Shown here in pieces: positions 47,660-58,066 of a stretch of 64,000 nt of DNA. Source of the stretch: a virus (taxonomy: Duplodnaviria > Caudoviricetes). Made by a program: the position numbers and the translations under genes. The notes under the pieces were generated by a model. That model saw only the letters and a list, made by a program, of their open reading frames with translations, was not told the DNA's origin and searched no databases. The stretch lies in the IMG/VR virus record IMGVR_UViG_2933206877_000003, positions 1-64,000 of that record; one strand, 5' to 3'. How positions within the stretch are numbered: the stretch's first letter is position 1; the number at the start of each line of letters is the position of its first letter.

Positions 47660-48088
47660 TCAGCTCTCGGCGATCTCACGGAGGCGGTGCAGCGCCGTGG
47701 AGGCGTCGGCGTAGAAGAACGTCTCGCCGGGCTTGAGACCGAGGACCTCTGCCCCAACCTGGGCGATCAGGCGGCGCTCCTCGCCCTTCTGCGCGAACGT
47801 GCGCACGGTGACCGTCTCATCGGTGCCATCGGGCTGTCGCACCAGGACTTGCGTCCTGCTGTCGTCGTCGAGGGCGACGATGGTCCAGCCCGCCGCGCGG
47901 GCAGCCCATCCGGCGGCGCACAGCGTCGTCCCACATTCGGGCTCGGCGTCCGGAGGCAGCTGTCCAGCGTCGGGGAAGTAGACCCAGTCCTCCATGTCGA
48001 AGGCGTGGGGCTGTGCTTCGATCGCGTCGAGGACTGCCGACGCGACGGCGGCGGGCGTGGCGGGGTACTTCGTGACCGTGTCGGTCAT
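47660..48088 (-). CDS. Conserved actinophage hypothetical protein
   Basis: FDM..W...CGTT.C.AGWA motif. Confidence 0.65.
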   Translation of the reverse strand: MTDTVTKYPATPAAVASAVLDAIEAQPHAFDMEDWVYFPDAGQLPPDAEPECGTTLCAAGWAARAAGWTIVALDDDSRTQVLVRQPDGTDETVTVRTFAQKGEERRLIAQVGAEVLGLKPGETFFYADASTALHRLREIAES

Positions 48089-48120
48089 GGCAACTCCATT
48101 ACCGTGGAGAGGCGTTGGAG

Positions 48121-48193
48121 TGGTGCTGGCGGGACTCGAACCCGCGACCCAGGACTTATAAGATCCGCGCTCTGCCAACTGAGCTACAGCACC
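48121..48193 (-). tRNA. tRNA-Ile(UAU); CCA not encoded
   Basis: GGTGCTG TA GCTC AGTTGGCA GAGC G CGGAT CT-TAT-AA GTCCT GGGTC GCGGG TTCGAGT CCCGC CAGCACC A. Confidence 0.88.
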
Positions 48194-48290
48194 GTGTTAT
48201 TGAGTTGTGGGGTGGGCCGCGCCTCGCAGAGCGGGGCGGGAGCGCGGGGCGCGGCCCTGGCGGCGGTAGATCGCTACGGCCGCCGGTCTG

Positions 48291-49496
48291 TCAGGCCCGG
48301 GTGAGCAGCATCAGCCGCTTGTGGGCCTTGTTCTTCATGTCGTCGTCGGCGCCTTCGAGGGCGGCGGTGGCGCGGGCCATCTCCTCGGTCATGGTCTTGC
48401 CGGGGCGGCGTGGGGCGACGTGGTCGAGGTAGCCGGTGATGGCCCGCTCGGCGGCGTAGGCGGTGCGGCCGACGCGCTCGGTCTCGGTGCGGAAGACGTC
48501 GTCGAGGGCGCCGAGCCGTGCGGCGTGGTTGTTCTTGGTCCTGTCGGTGGCGTCGTCGTCGAGGGGCCACAGATCGGCGATGACCTTGCGGAAGTCGGTG
48601 ACGGCCATGTCCGTCCGGGCGAGCGCGGTCTCCTCGGCGGCGTACTTCTCGAAGTAGTCGAGGGACAGACCGAGGGTGCGGCGGGCTTCCTTGATCTGGT
48701 CGACGGCGCCTGCGGTGTGGCGGACGGCCCAGCGGGTGTGTGCGTCGCGTACGGCGAACCGCTCGGTGTTGGCGCAGACGGGGCGCCACGGGGTGACGAC
48801 GCACTGGAAGGTGCCCTGCCCGGTGTGGTCGTTCATGACGGCCACGTACGGGACGATCGTGTCGTTGATGCCGTCCGCCTCGATCGCGACCGTTTCGGGG
48901 AGCCGGATGGAGATGAACACCCGGCGACCGCCCTTGATGACTCCGGCGGACTCCCAGACCACGTCGTAGCGTCCGACCAGTTCCTGAAGGAACTCGAAGC
49001 CCTGCCGGTTCTGGATCGGCTCGTATCGGCGGCCGACGACGCCGAGCGCGGCGCCGCTGTCCTCCCGGACCGTGTGGAAGTGGTCGGAGTGCTCGCGGAG
49101 TTCGCCGCCCCACTGGTACAGGGCGGGGACGGTGGTGACGGTGAAGTCGAGACCGCCCGCGCGGAGCACCGTGTCGATGTCGGTGATGCCGCCGGGGATG
49201 ATCTGACCGAGGCCGTGCCAGGCCGGGGACGACGCGTACAGGGCGATCGTGCCGTCCGCCCGGGAGTCGAGGCCGTGGTTCGCGAGGATCGCGTCGATGG
49301 CGCCCTGTGCGTTCCGGGAGACGGTGAACCGCTCGCCCCGGTCCCAGCCGGTGAGTACCTCGTACTGCTCGCCACCGACGAGGCGGATCTCGCCCCGGTC
49401 GATGCGGGCCTGGAACGCCTGCTCGCGGCTTCGCGCGGCGTCGATCTGGTGGGTCTTCTCGTCGGCGAACGCGGTGTTGACGTCGGTGATGGTCAC
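48291..49496 (-). CDS. DUF932 family (phage/plasmid-like) protein
   Basis: PAWHGLG, LGVVG.RY..IQN..F, ESAG...GGR..F, N.H.G, TP.R.VC.NT, RHT motifs. Confidence 0.88.
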   Translation of the reverse strand: MTITDVNTAFADEKTHQIDAARSREQAFQARIDRGEIRLVGGEQYEVLTGWDRGERFTVSRNAQGAIDAILANHGLDSRADGTIALYASSPAWHGLGQIIPGGITDIDTVLRAGGLDFTVTTVPALYQWGGELREHSDHFHTVREDSGAALGVVGRRYEPIQNRQGFEFLQELVGRYDVVWESAGVIKGGRRVFISIRLPETVAIEADGINDTIVPYVAVMNDHTGQGTFQCVVTPWRPVCANTERFAVRDAHTRWAVRHTAGAVDQIKEARRTLGLSLDYFEKYAAEETALARTDMAVTDFRKVIADLWPLDDDATDRTKNNHAARLGALDDVFRTETERVGRTAYAAERAITGYLDHVAPRRPGKTMTEEMARATAALEGADDDMKNKAHKRLMLLTRA

Positions 49497-49527
49497 GGTG
49501 ACCCCTTCGGATGGTGGGTGTCTGTCG

Positions 49528-49602
49528 TGGTGGGCCCGGTCGGAGTTGAACCGACGACCGGCGGTTTTAAGGCGCCTGCTCTGACCGCTGAGCTACGGGT
49601 CC
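49528..49602 (-). tRNA. tRNA with UAA anticodon (reads UUA, Leu by anticodon) on a short-variable-arm body; CCA encoded
   Basis: GGACCCG TA GCTC AGCGGTCA GAGC A GGCGC CT-TAA-AA CCGCC GGTC GTCGG TTCAACT CCGAC CGGGCCC A CCA; mismatches at 3:70 and 31:39. Confidence 0.78.
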
Positions 49603-49651
49603 GGGTGGCGGCCGGGCCGGGGGGGGATGAGCCCGGCCGCCGGTCTGTTGC

Positions 49652-49897
49652 TCAGCCGCAGGCGGCGGAGCGGGTGAGGGATTCGCGGCGGACGTGGTGC
49701 GGGCCGGGCCGTTCGCCCCAGGGGTCGCCGAGCGCGAAGCGGGCGTCCGGCAGGCCGAGGACGTCCATCGCGCGGCAGATCTGGCAGGGGCACGGGATGG
49801 CGAGCCAGAGACCGTGCAGGGACCGGATGGACCCGTGGTAGATGACCAGGTCTCCCGGCTCGATCAGATCGAGTGACCGGATCAGCGTGTCCGACAT
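49652..49897 (-). CDS. Small Cys-containing hypothetical protein
   Basis: ATG after GGGGGAG; YHGS...CPCQIC. Confidence 0.6.
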   Translation of the reverse strand: MSDTLIRSLDLIEPGDLVIYHGSIRSLHGLWLAIPCPCQICRAMDVLGLPDARFALGDPWGERPGPHHVRRESLTRSAACG

Positions 49898-49922
49898 GAC
49901 TCCCCCTCGGGCGATCGGTGGG

Positions 49923-50282
49923 CTACGGGTGGTTGCGGACGGGTCCGTTGCCGGGCGTCCACCGCATGGCGTCGCCGCTGACGAACGTGGCCCGGTGGGG
50001 ACGCACTGTCGGTGCGGCGGGGATGTGGCGGTGTCCGGCGGTGCGGCCGTATCGGTCCCACGCGGCCCTGAGAACGTGGGTCTCTTCCGGCCGGTAGGCC
50101 ATGACCTTGCGGAATCGGCCGTTGATCCACCGGAAGGCTCGGCCGGGTTCACGCCGGTAGCTCTGCCGGTAGATCTCGGCGGCGACTCGGCCGAGCGGAG
50201 AGCCATAGCGCCAGTCGGCCGGGAGACCCCGCTGAACGAGGTATTCGGCGACCGTGATTCGGCGGCTGACCAGCACAGACAT
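49923..50282 (-). CDS. Basic hypothetical protein
   Basis: ATG after GGAGGG; first gene behind the divergent promoter. Confidence 0.6.
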   Translation of the reverse strand: MSVLVSRRITVAEYLVQRGLPADWRYGSPLGRVAAEIYRQSYRREPGRAFRWINGRFRKVMAYRPEETHVLRAAWDRYGRTAGHRHIPAAPTVRPHRATFVSGDAMRWTPGNGPVRNHP

Positions 50283-50324
50283 GGCTTCCCTCCCCGGTTC
50301 GGAGTCCCTTGCTTCTCTTCCAGG

Positions 50325-50396
50325 ATAGGCCGAGAATGCGGCCTATGGAAGGGGTAAGTCAAAGAAAGTACGAGACATTCCGAGAGGGTCTTTGAC
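50325..50396. promoter_or_regulatory. Divergent promoter/operator region
   Basis: Minus-strand TTGACT-N18-CATTCT; the -10 is flanked by the 8-bp inverted repeat ATAGGCCG/CGGCCTAT; GTCAAAGA-N23-TCTTTGAC gives back-to-back -35 boxes. Confidence 0.6.
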
Positions 50397-50444
50397 ATGA
50401 CGACACTGCACGACAGGCCGGGTATCTGGCCTACGGAACATGCG

Positions 50445-50720
50445 ATGATCAACGCCATGGCCCGCAGCAACTACGAACCGCCCGACGATGCGGCCGAACT
50501 TTTCGCCCGGATCAAGAGGGCTCACGACACCCTCCGGGAACTGCGCGGCCCGCTCCAGGAGATGGCCGTCCGCGAGATGCGGGAGGGCGGGGCCACCGTC
50601 GGCGACCTCGCCCGTCTCACCGGCTACGACCCGGAGAAGTACCGGCTCATGGCCAGGGCCGCCGGCGTCGAGCGCCGGCGGCCGCCGACCCGGGGCCAGG
50701 TCAGCGACTCAAGCGACTGA
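50445..50720 (+). CDS. Small putative HTH repressor
   Basis: GATVGDLARLTGYDPEKYRLMARAAGV; divergent from the tRNA/DUF932 operon. Confidence 0.6.
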   Translation: MINAMARSNYEPPDDAAELFARIKRAHDTLRELRGPLQEMAVREMREGGATVGDLARLTGYDPEKYRLMARAAGVERRRPPTRGQVSDSSD

Positions 50721-50731
50721 CCCTCCCAACA

Positions 50732-51298
50732 TCAGCCGACATGGTTCGCCGTCAGCAGGTACAGCCGGGTTCCCTCGTAGCGGGCCGGCTGCCCAGTCTC
50801 GCCGTCCTCACAGGCATCGTTGATGCACCAGGCGCGCGGCCGGTCATCGTCCGCGCGGCCATACACGGTCCGCTGCCCACACGTCAGGCAGAGGGCGTGC
50901 CGGAAGTGCACGCTGGGCCCGCGCAGGCCCAGCACGGTGAGCACCGTGCCGTGCCACCGGCTGACCAACTGCCGTACCTCCGGCTCACGACCAGCATTCT
51001 CGGCGCCCGGCGGAATCGCGGGCAGAGCCCGGTACCAGGGCTGCGTGTGCGGCGAACCGCGCAGCTCGGCGTCCAGCTGCACAGCCTCGCTCTTAATGCG
51101 CTGCGACCACGAGACGGCCTCCAGTGACGTCGGCGGTCGGGATCCCGGTGGCGCGTGGCCACCGACGGCTGGCTGCCGGGTACGGAGGCCGAGCGTGTCC
51201 AGCCGATGGAGGAGCCCGGGGCCGTCGTCGCCGGGGTGCTGCTCGTCGCCGGTGTACCGGCTGATGAGGTCGGCGACCAAGCCGTCAAGCGTCTGCAT
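50732..51298 (-). CDS. Zn-ribbon-containing phage protein
   Basis: PGSRPP..L.A...CLTCG...C.N..C. Confidence 0.6.
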   Translation of the reverse strand: MQTLDGLVADLISRYTGDEQHPGDDGPGLLHRLDTLGLRTRQPAVGGHAPPGSRPPTSLEAVSWSQRIKSEAVQLDAELRGSPHTQPWYRALPAIPPGAENAGREPEVRQLVSRWHGTVLTVLGLRGPSVHFRHALCLTCGQRTVYGRADDDRPRAWCINDACEDGETGQPARYEGTRLYLLTANHVG

Positions 51299-52058
51299 GA
51301 GCCGCCCTCGTCTTCCGTGCCCAACGTGATTTGCCGCGCTCGGACTCGCAGGCGCGGCAAACGCGTTCGCCGCGCCTGCCTGGCTTCGGGTTCGGTCGGC
51401 GGTAGGTGTTCTCCGGGGTCATCTCGTGCGGCCCCTTACCGCCCTGGCAGTGCGTCGCCAACGGCTTGGTGCGCGAGCCGACCCGGCGGTCCGTACCCTT
51501 CACCGGTGGTGCGGTCTCCGGCGCGTACCAGTGAGCGCGGAACCTGCGACGGGCGGAGGTCATGCGCTGCGTCAGCGTCGAGTACTTGATGCCGAGCGCG
51601 TCCGCGGCGGCCTGGTAGTCGCCGTGCACAGCGAGCGCGACGACGGCCTCCCGCTCGGTTTCCGTGAGCACGCCCAGGATCTGCGGTACGGCAACGCGTT
51701 CGGCGATGCCCTCCTCCGGGCGTGCGGGCGGCAGGGTCCAGTACTGCCGGAACCGCTGCGACGAGGCGACCTCGTTGGTGCCGTCCTTGTCGCGTTGCCC
51801 GAACAGGTGCCGCATCTCGCGGACCTCGGCGTAGATCGCGCGCCAGCCGACGGTGAACAGATCGTGCCACTCGGGCGGCTCGGCCGCGGAGCAGAGGGCC
51901 TCGGCGATGGCGGACCAGGCGACGTCGTAGCGGGTGGTGGCGTCGGAGGCCATCGACCGGTCGTAGGAGCAGCTGGAGGCTGCCAGTTTGTGGAGGTCGC
52001 GCAGCGAGTAGCCGTGCGCCACTGGAAGTTCTGCCGCCAGGTTGTTCAGGCTGTTCAC
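51285..52058 (-). CDS. Sigma-70 region-4-like HTH protein with C-terminal THC...H...CRAC motif
   Basis: LTETEREAV...YQAAADALGI..ST...RM..ARRRF. Confidence 0.65.
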   Translation of the reverse strand: MNSLNNLAAELPVAHGYSLRDLHKLAASSCSYDRSMASDATTRYDVAWSAIAEALCSAAEPPEWHDLFTVGWRAIYAEVREMRHLFGQRDKDGTNEVASSQRFRQYWTLPPARPEEGIAERVAVPQILGVLTETEREAVVALAVHGDYQAAADALGIKYSTLTQRMTSARRRFRAHWYAPETAPPVKGTDRRVGSRTKPLATHCQGGKGPHEMTPENTYRRPNPKPGRRGERVCRACESERGKSRWARKTRAAHADA

Positions 52059-55000
52059 CGTGTTCCCTCTCTCATCAGCGTGAACAGGTCCTCGATCTCG
52101 ACGATGTCGAGCCGATCCCACGTGGCGAGGGCGTCGCGCAGCTTGACGTCCAGCTGGGCGGCGAGGGCGGCCTGCGTCCAGTGAAGGGCCATGTCGCGCG
52201 CCTCGTCGGGCGACAGCGCGCCCTTCATGGAGCCCCGGCCGATGTGCACATACGGCTTGCCGGTCTTGGCGCCGGCGACCGCGGCGATCCGGAGAGCGCA
52301 CCGGCCCTCGGGCATCGGCCGGCGCCCGCGGACCATGCCGAGCACGCCACCGAGAGTGTCGTCGTCGGCATTGAAGTCCTGCCGGAACGTCTCGATGAGG
52401 GCGATGTCGGTCTCGGCTGCGCTCGCGGCGGCCATCAGCTCGCGAGCCGTGTTCAGCACGACGAAGACGGGGATGACCCCGCCGGTGCTCCCCCACCGCA
52501 TCAGGCAGGCCGGCTGGCCGTCATCGTCCAGGGTCGACTGGATCGTGCATATCCCGTCAGGCATCGGTGCCCTCCCCTGCGCTCCAGCGGATGTTGCGGA
52601 TGCCGTGGGCCAGCACTTCCATGCCGAAGCGGTCTCGCGGCAGCTCCACCCGGGCGCGCGGGTAGATGCGGTACCGCTCCAGGTCGAAGGTGCAGACGGC
52701 CTCCGTGCCGCGGCCGTCCGGGTCCGGCTCATAGCGGACCGGCCAACGGGCCACGAGCCGCCGGGCGTACCAGCGGCGGGCGTGACGTGCCTTCCACATC
52801 TGCCAGGTGGACGCCGGCACCTCGTACGGCACGCGAGTGCGCTGGGTAAGGCGCTGAGGCGGCAGGTCGTCGGCGAGGATCCTGGTCCGCAACTGGAAGA
52901 GGAACTGCCGGAAGAGGACCTCTCGCTGTACTGAGACGTCGAGGTCCAGGAGCAGCTCCTCGGCGACCGCGAACTGCATTGCGTACTGCTTGAAGGCGAG
53001 CGTGACCCGCTCTTCGTTGAGCACTACTCGCCTCCCTCGGAACGGGAGGCGGTAATCAGCGCCTTGAGGAGTTCCAGGGCCTGCTTCTCGGTGAAGCCGG
53101 CCTCGATCCATGCGAGGAATACTTCGTGATGCAGGGCAGCCTGAGCCGCGAGTTCGGTGACCGGCGAGTCGCAAGGCTCGAAGTCGTCGGGCACGTCAGG
53201 CCTTCCCGTGGTTCAGGATCCGCTCGGCCGTCGACCAGGTGCCGCATGGCCAGGTGATGATCGAGCCTTGGACGGAGCAGGCCGAGCACAGCGCGCCGGG
53301 TTTCGTGGGGTCGGCGTGGGGCTGGGGGCGGTGGCTGTCGCGGAGCGCGGCCAGATCGGTGCGCACGCGCGTGATCTCGGCGCAGGCCTGGCTGCCGGCC
53401 ATCAGCCCCTGACGCACGCTCTCCATGACAGCCTTGGCCTCGGCCGGGCTGGGGGTTGTGCCGGGTTCCCGGATCATCATTCGGACCATCCCGAGGACCG
53501 CGTCGGCGAGGGCCGTGTTGACCTTGTCCAGGTCGAAGGGCTGCGGGCTCGTACTCGGAGGAGTGAAGGGCAGGTCAGGCATCGGTGGCCTCCGTGTCGG
53601 TCGGAGCAGCGCTCGTGCGTGCGTCGGCCTCGGCGCGTCGGGCGTCGAAGGTGACGATGACGTGCTCGTCGTCGGCGGACACGTAGACATCACCCGTCCA
53701 CATGCCGCCTGCGGCGAGCTGGCTGCGCTGCTGGTTGGCGACGGCCATGGCCTTGTCGACCTCGGTGTGGTGGGCCGGCCCCTTCATCTGCCACACATGC
53801 CGGTCGATCGTGATGACGTGGTGCTCGGCGCCCATCAGGACTCCTCAACGGTGTAGTTGGTGGTCACGTGGACCAGGCGGAACTCGAATTCGGGGTGACG
53901 CTGCCTACGTCTGGTCAGGTCGTCGGCGGCCCGCTGCCGGTCGGAGGTGGGTCGCACGGGCAGCCAGACGTCGGCGTGGCGGTACTCGACTCGCCATGCC
54001 TCGCGCGCCGGATGTGCCTCGACGGGTACCGCCGGCCACTCCACGGTCGCGCCGTGGTAGCCCTCCAGCAGGTGTTCCAGCGACGTGGCGACCGTGGCGA
54101 AGCCGTACTCGGGGTCATCGAGGACGAACACGCGGCCGGAGGGGAACTCTGCGCCGTCGAGGTACTGACTGTCGGACAGGTGAAGGCGGAAGCCGCGGGT
54201 GAAGACGGGTTGCATCAGCTTTCTCCGCTCGCACGCATCAGGCGCTCGTAGATGGAGGCGCCGCTGAGCCGGTCCTCGATGTGGCCGGACCGGCCGCGTC
54301 CGGGGTCGGTGAGGCCACTGATGGCGCGGGCCACGGCGAGAGCGGGGCACGGCAGGTTGAACAGGTTCCGCCGGCTGTCGCAGTAGCCGCACTCGCTGTC
54401 GGGCAGGTGGATGACGGCTGCGTCCTCCAACCATCGGATCAACGGCTCACGAGCGCCCAGCAGGACCCGGATCATCTCCAGCAGTTCGCGACTGTTGCAG
54501 TCGACGAGGAAGCCATCGCAGTTCCGATCGTCGCGGAGCCGGGCCGCGGCCGCGCGCAACTCCTCGGCTGGGTTGGTAGTGGTCACTGGTCACCTTCCTG
54601 AGTGCTGAGCCACTGCGGTTCGGGGGCGATGCGGAGCAGCGCCGTGCGATCCTCTGAGGCCGCGAACTCGGGGGCTTCGGGATCGACGTACCGGTGGCCC
54701 TGGTCGTTGCGGAGGTAGGCGGTGTAGCGAATGACCGGCCCGAATGCGGTGGGCTCGATGACCATCTCGGAGTCCACCGGCACGTCGATCGGGTCGATGC
54801 CGTGCAGACGGAGCCAGCGCTGTACGGACCGGAGCCCGTCGGGCTGGCCGATCACCCTGTCCAACAGCTCGTGGCAGTCGATAACAAGACGCTCCATCAC
54901 GGCAGTGACACCTCCAGCCGCCGGCGCCCGCTGCGGTCCTGCTGCGTGGGCACGACATGGAAGCCGCCGCTGCGTAGCTCGGCCTCGATCCCCTTCAGCT

Positions 55001-56304
55001 GGTCGGCCTCTCCCGGGCCGTCCCAGAAGACGGTGACCATGCGCCGTCCGGCCTGGGCGACACGTACGCCCGGGTCCCAGTCACCGCCCTCGAACTCGCT
55101 GAACTCGTGGCCCTGCGCGCGGAGGTAGTCCTCGACCATCGCGGCCCTGATGCGCCGTGCCACGTCACACCTGCCGCTCGTGCAAGAGGCGGCACGCGGA
55201 CGCGGCATCGTGCAGGACCTCGTCGAGGCTTACGCCGCTGGCGAGCGCGGTCAGGACGCGGGCGTGCTGATTCTCGACATGGGCGGCCAGTTCGCTGCGA
55301 GGGAACTGCGGAGCACCAGAGCAGTAGGGGCAAGCCTGCGTGTCGTTGGCGCCCAACGAGCCTTGCTCGGGCGGCTCGATGCGGTACCTGAGGCAGCCGC
55401 ACTTCAGACAATGGCGGAACAGGGCATCGCTATGTTCAGGGTCGATGTGCCCGCACGCGCAGGGCGTGTACTCCGGTCCCTCGGGGGGCGGCAACTGGTC
55501 GTCGATGACGGGGTACACGGCCACGGTGTCGGACCAGTGGAAGCCGTGCTCGTCGATGTGGTCGCCGCGGTGCTGCGCAGCTCGGATGCACTGGCGCTTG
55601 TCGTTGCTGAAGCGGGTGTATAGCGCCGAGCACTCGGCGGCCGCCACGTCGTCCACCCCTGACAGATCTCTGGCCTGCGCGTTCGCCTCCGAGTGGACGA
55701 CTTCTGCGTCTGCGGCTGCGGAGTCGTCCAGTTCGTCGCGCAGCTCGGCGCCGGCGGCCCGCACGAGGAACATCGACGCGCCATGCGCGGCCTGCCAGCG
55801 GTCTGCCAGCTGGTAGGCCCGCCCGGCCGCCCGGCGCGCGCGATCCCGCTCTCGCTGAAGCTGTCCAACAACCAGCATCACAGCGTCGACGGCCTCCTGG
55901 GGGACGTCGACCAGGCAAAGGTGCTCGTCTCGAGCGAAGTTGATCGCCCGCTCGATCCGCCGGCGGAGGACCTCTCGTTCGGCGCCGGGGCCCGCCATCC
56001 AGCCGGGCACGTCGAAGGCCTCGACGATGTCGGCGGCCAGCTGCTGGCGAGCAGCGGTTACCTCGTCGGCCCACAGGATGCGGGTGGCGCCGCCGTGGCC
56101 GTGGATCTTTTCGAAGGGTGCCGAGCCCTTGTTGTGCCAGACGTCGGTCTTCGGCTCGTGCATCGGCGGCTGGTCGAGCCAGTGGGTGACGACCCAGCCG
56201 TCGGAGAACTGCACGCCCTCGGCGATGACACCCTCACCGGAGATGCCGGACACGTCCTCGTCGCGCTGGGCGACGAAGGTCCGCGGGAAGCTCGGTTCGC
56301 TCAT
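52055..56304 (-). CDS. Run of coupled hypothetical phage genes (52055-52564, 52557-53024, 53196-53582, 53575-53835, 53835-54215, 54215-54586, 54583-54900, 54897-55163, 55165-56304)
   Basis: Overlapping stop/start chain; 55165-56304 begins with RDEDVSGISGEG..AEG.QFSDG...HGHGG.T. Confidence 0.55.
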
Positions 56305-56561
56305 CGGTTGTACTCCCCTGCTTCGGCACGGTCGATCAGGAGCTGGATGTAGGTGCGGGCCTTGCAGAGGTCCTCGATGCCGTTCTTCTTCCGCCAGCGG
56401 AGCAGGTATTTCAGGGCGTTGCCCTCGTAGAAGTCCAGGCTGAAGGCGTTGATCACGTCGAAGGGCTGCATTCCGGTGCCGCGGTAGTGGTCCGGTGTCC
56501 AGTCCTTGGGCCCTGGCGCCAGCGGCGTGCTGGCGGCTTTCACGGTCTTCTCATCGGCCAT
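56301..56561 (-). CDS. DUF3310 family protein
   Basis: PDHY...F..GNALKY..R..KKNG.EDL.KA..YI. Confidence 0.85.
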   Translation of the reverse strand: MADEKTVKAASTPLAPGPKDWTPDHYRGTGMQPFDVINAFSLDFYEGNALKYLLRWRKKNGIEDLCKARTYIQLLIDRAEAGEYNR

Positions 56562-58066
56562 CAGGCGATTCCTTCCGGCTGGAGCGAGCTCGTGCGCTGG
56601 CGCGGGATGGGCACGGTGAGGGTCGTCTCCGTCTCGGGGTCGAGCAGCTTCGCGACGGGGATCTGCACGGTGTCGTCGTCCAGCAGGCCGGCGGGTGGGC
56701 TCACGGCAGCCGGCTCCATGAGGGCGACCTCGGCGCCGTTCTGGCGGGTGCCCCAGCCTGTGCGGGCGCAGGTGGCCATGCCGTACCAGCGCATGGCGCG
56801 CAGGACGGTCCAGCCGGCGACCACCGCGAGAGGCATGAGCAGCCAGGTGACGAGCCGGCCGCCGAAGGCCTCGTCGTCCCGGGCAATGGACAGATACCGC
56901 AGACCCTGCGCCCAGCCGATCAGGAACGGCACGACCAGGAAGCTGGCGGGCGGGGTGTGACCGTACGCGGCGGGCTCGACGACCAAGAGCCACCCGAGGA
57001 CGGCGGTGGACAGGGCGACCTGGAACCAGCGCAGCAGGTGGGCCCAGTACGCCCAGCTGGTCAGCGGCAGGTACCGGAACCGCCACACGGAGCGGATGGT
57101 GGAGCCGCGCATCCAGCGCAGGTACATGCGTAGGAAGTGGGATGGCCGCTCCGGAAGGGCGGTGAAGACGATCGCGGTCGGCTGTTGCACCGTGCGGCCG
57201 CCGAGCAGCGCGTACAGGGTGAGTAGGGAGTCGTCGGAGAACATGACCGGGCGGCCCATGAAGCGCTCGTTCAGGTAGCCGTCGAGGTTCTCCCGGATGA
57301 TGGCGGCCCGGTAGGCGGCCAGCGGTCCGGAGTTCACGAGGACGGCGCCCATCGCGGACAGTGCGGAGCGATCGGTGAGCTGCCCAGTCGTGAACCACAG
57401 GTCGGTGATGCGGGTCAGGAGGTTCGCACGGTGGTTGGTGGCGAGGACGACCCCGGCGACGGACTGGACCCGGGCCTGCGCGAAGGGGAGCAGCAGCTCC
57501 TCCAGAGCGTTCGGGGCGAGGCTGGAGTCGGAGTCGACGGTGACGTACACGTCCGCTTGCGGGCTCGCTGTGACGGCGGCGGCCTGAGCGTGGCGCTTGC
57601 CCTGGTTGTCGGTTCGCTGCCACGTGGTGACGATGTCCGCCGCGGCCGCCGCCTTCGTCCACCAGGAGCGGACGGCGCTGTAGTCGCCGCTGGACGAGCC
57701 GTCATCGACGACGTGCACGGAGTCGGGGCGGCGGGTCTGGGCGAGGATGCTCTCCAGGCCGAGCCGCAGGTAGCCGGGGTCCTCGTTGTAGACGGGCAGC
57801 AGGATGGCGACATGCAGGGCGCCGAGCTGCCGGCGGGACCGCGGAGTGGTACGCCGGGGACGCTCCCAGTGGTACATCACGGTCTGCGTGATGAGCAGCA
57901 GGAACGTGACGCCCCAGACGGCGGCGAGCCGCGAACTGGTGGGGCCGCCGTACTGGGCGGCGGCTATGCCGTGCTGGGCGGCCCACCCTGCGGCGCCGGT
58001 CAGGCATATCGCGCCGGTGAGCAGGACGCCGGAGCGGTGCCGGTGCGCGGTCAGGGGTCTGGTCAC
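56561..58066 (-). CDS. Processive membrane GT2, hyaluronan synthase/NodC-like
   Basis: PVYNED, VDDGS, NQGKRHAQ, VDSDS, SGPLAAYR, SDDSLLT, MYLRW.R (QxxRW position), with N- and C-terminal TM helices. Confidence 0.88.
   Translation of the reverse strand: MTRPLTAHRHRSGVLLTGAICLTGAAGWAAQHGIAAAQYGGPTSSRLAAVWGVTFLLLITQTVMYHWERPRRTTPRSRRQLGALHVAILLPVYNEDPGYLRLGLESILAQTRRPDSVHVVDDGSSSGDYSAVRSWWTKAAAAADIVTTWQRTDNQGKRHAQAAAVTASPQADVYVTVDSDSSLAPNALEELLLPFAQARVQSVAGVVLATNHRANLLTRITDLWFTTGQLTDRSALSAMGAVLVNSGPLAAYRAAIIRENLDGYLNERFMGRPVMFSDDSLLTLYALLGGRTVQQPTAIVFTALPERPSHFLRMYLRWMRGSTIRSVWRFRYLPLTSWAYWAHLLRWFQVALSTAVLGWLLVVEPAAYGHTPPASFLVVPFLIGWAQGLRYLSIARDDEAFGGRLVTWLLMPLAVVAGWTVLRAMRWYGMATCARTGWGTRQNGAEVALMEPAAVSPPAGLLDDDTVQIPVAKLLDPETETTLTVPIPRQRTSSLQPEGIA

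Noticed and set aside
49560-49575. Reading the 49.5 kb tRNA as an ochre suppressor (UUA) or an AAA anticodon
   Set aside because: Only the CU-UAA-AA register keeps U33 together with the GGCG/CGCC stem; shifted registers break the stem.
48121-49602. tRNAs as prophage attachment sites
   Set aside because: They are embedded in a phage operon, with no integrase nearby and no duplicated 3' tRNA fragment found in the window.
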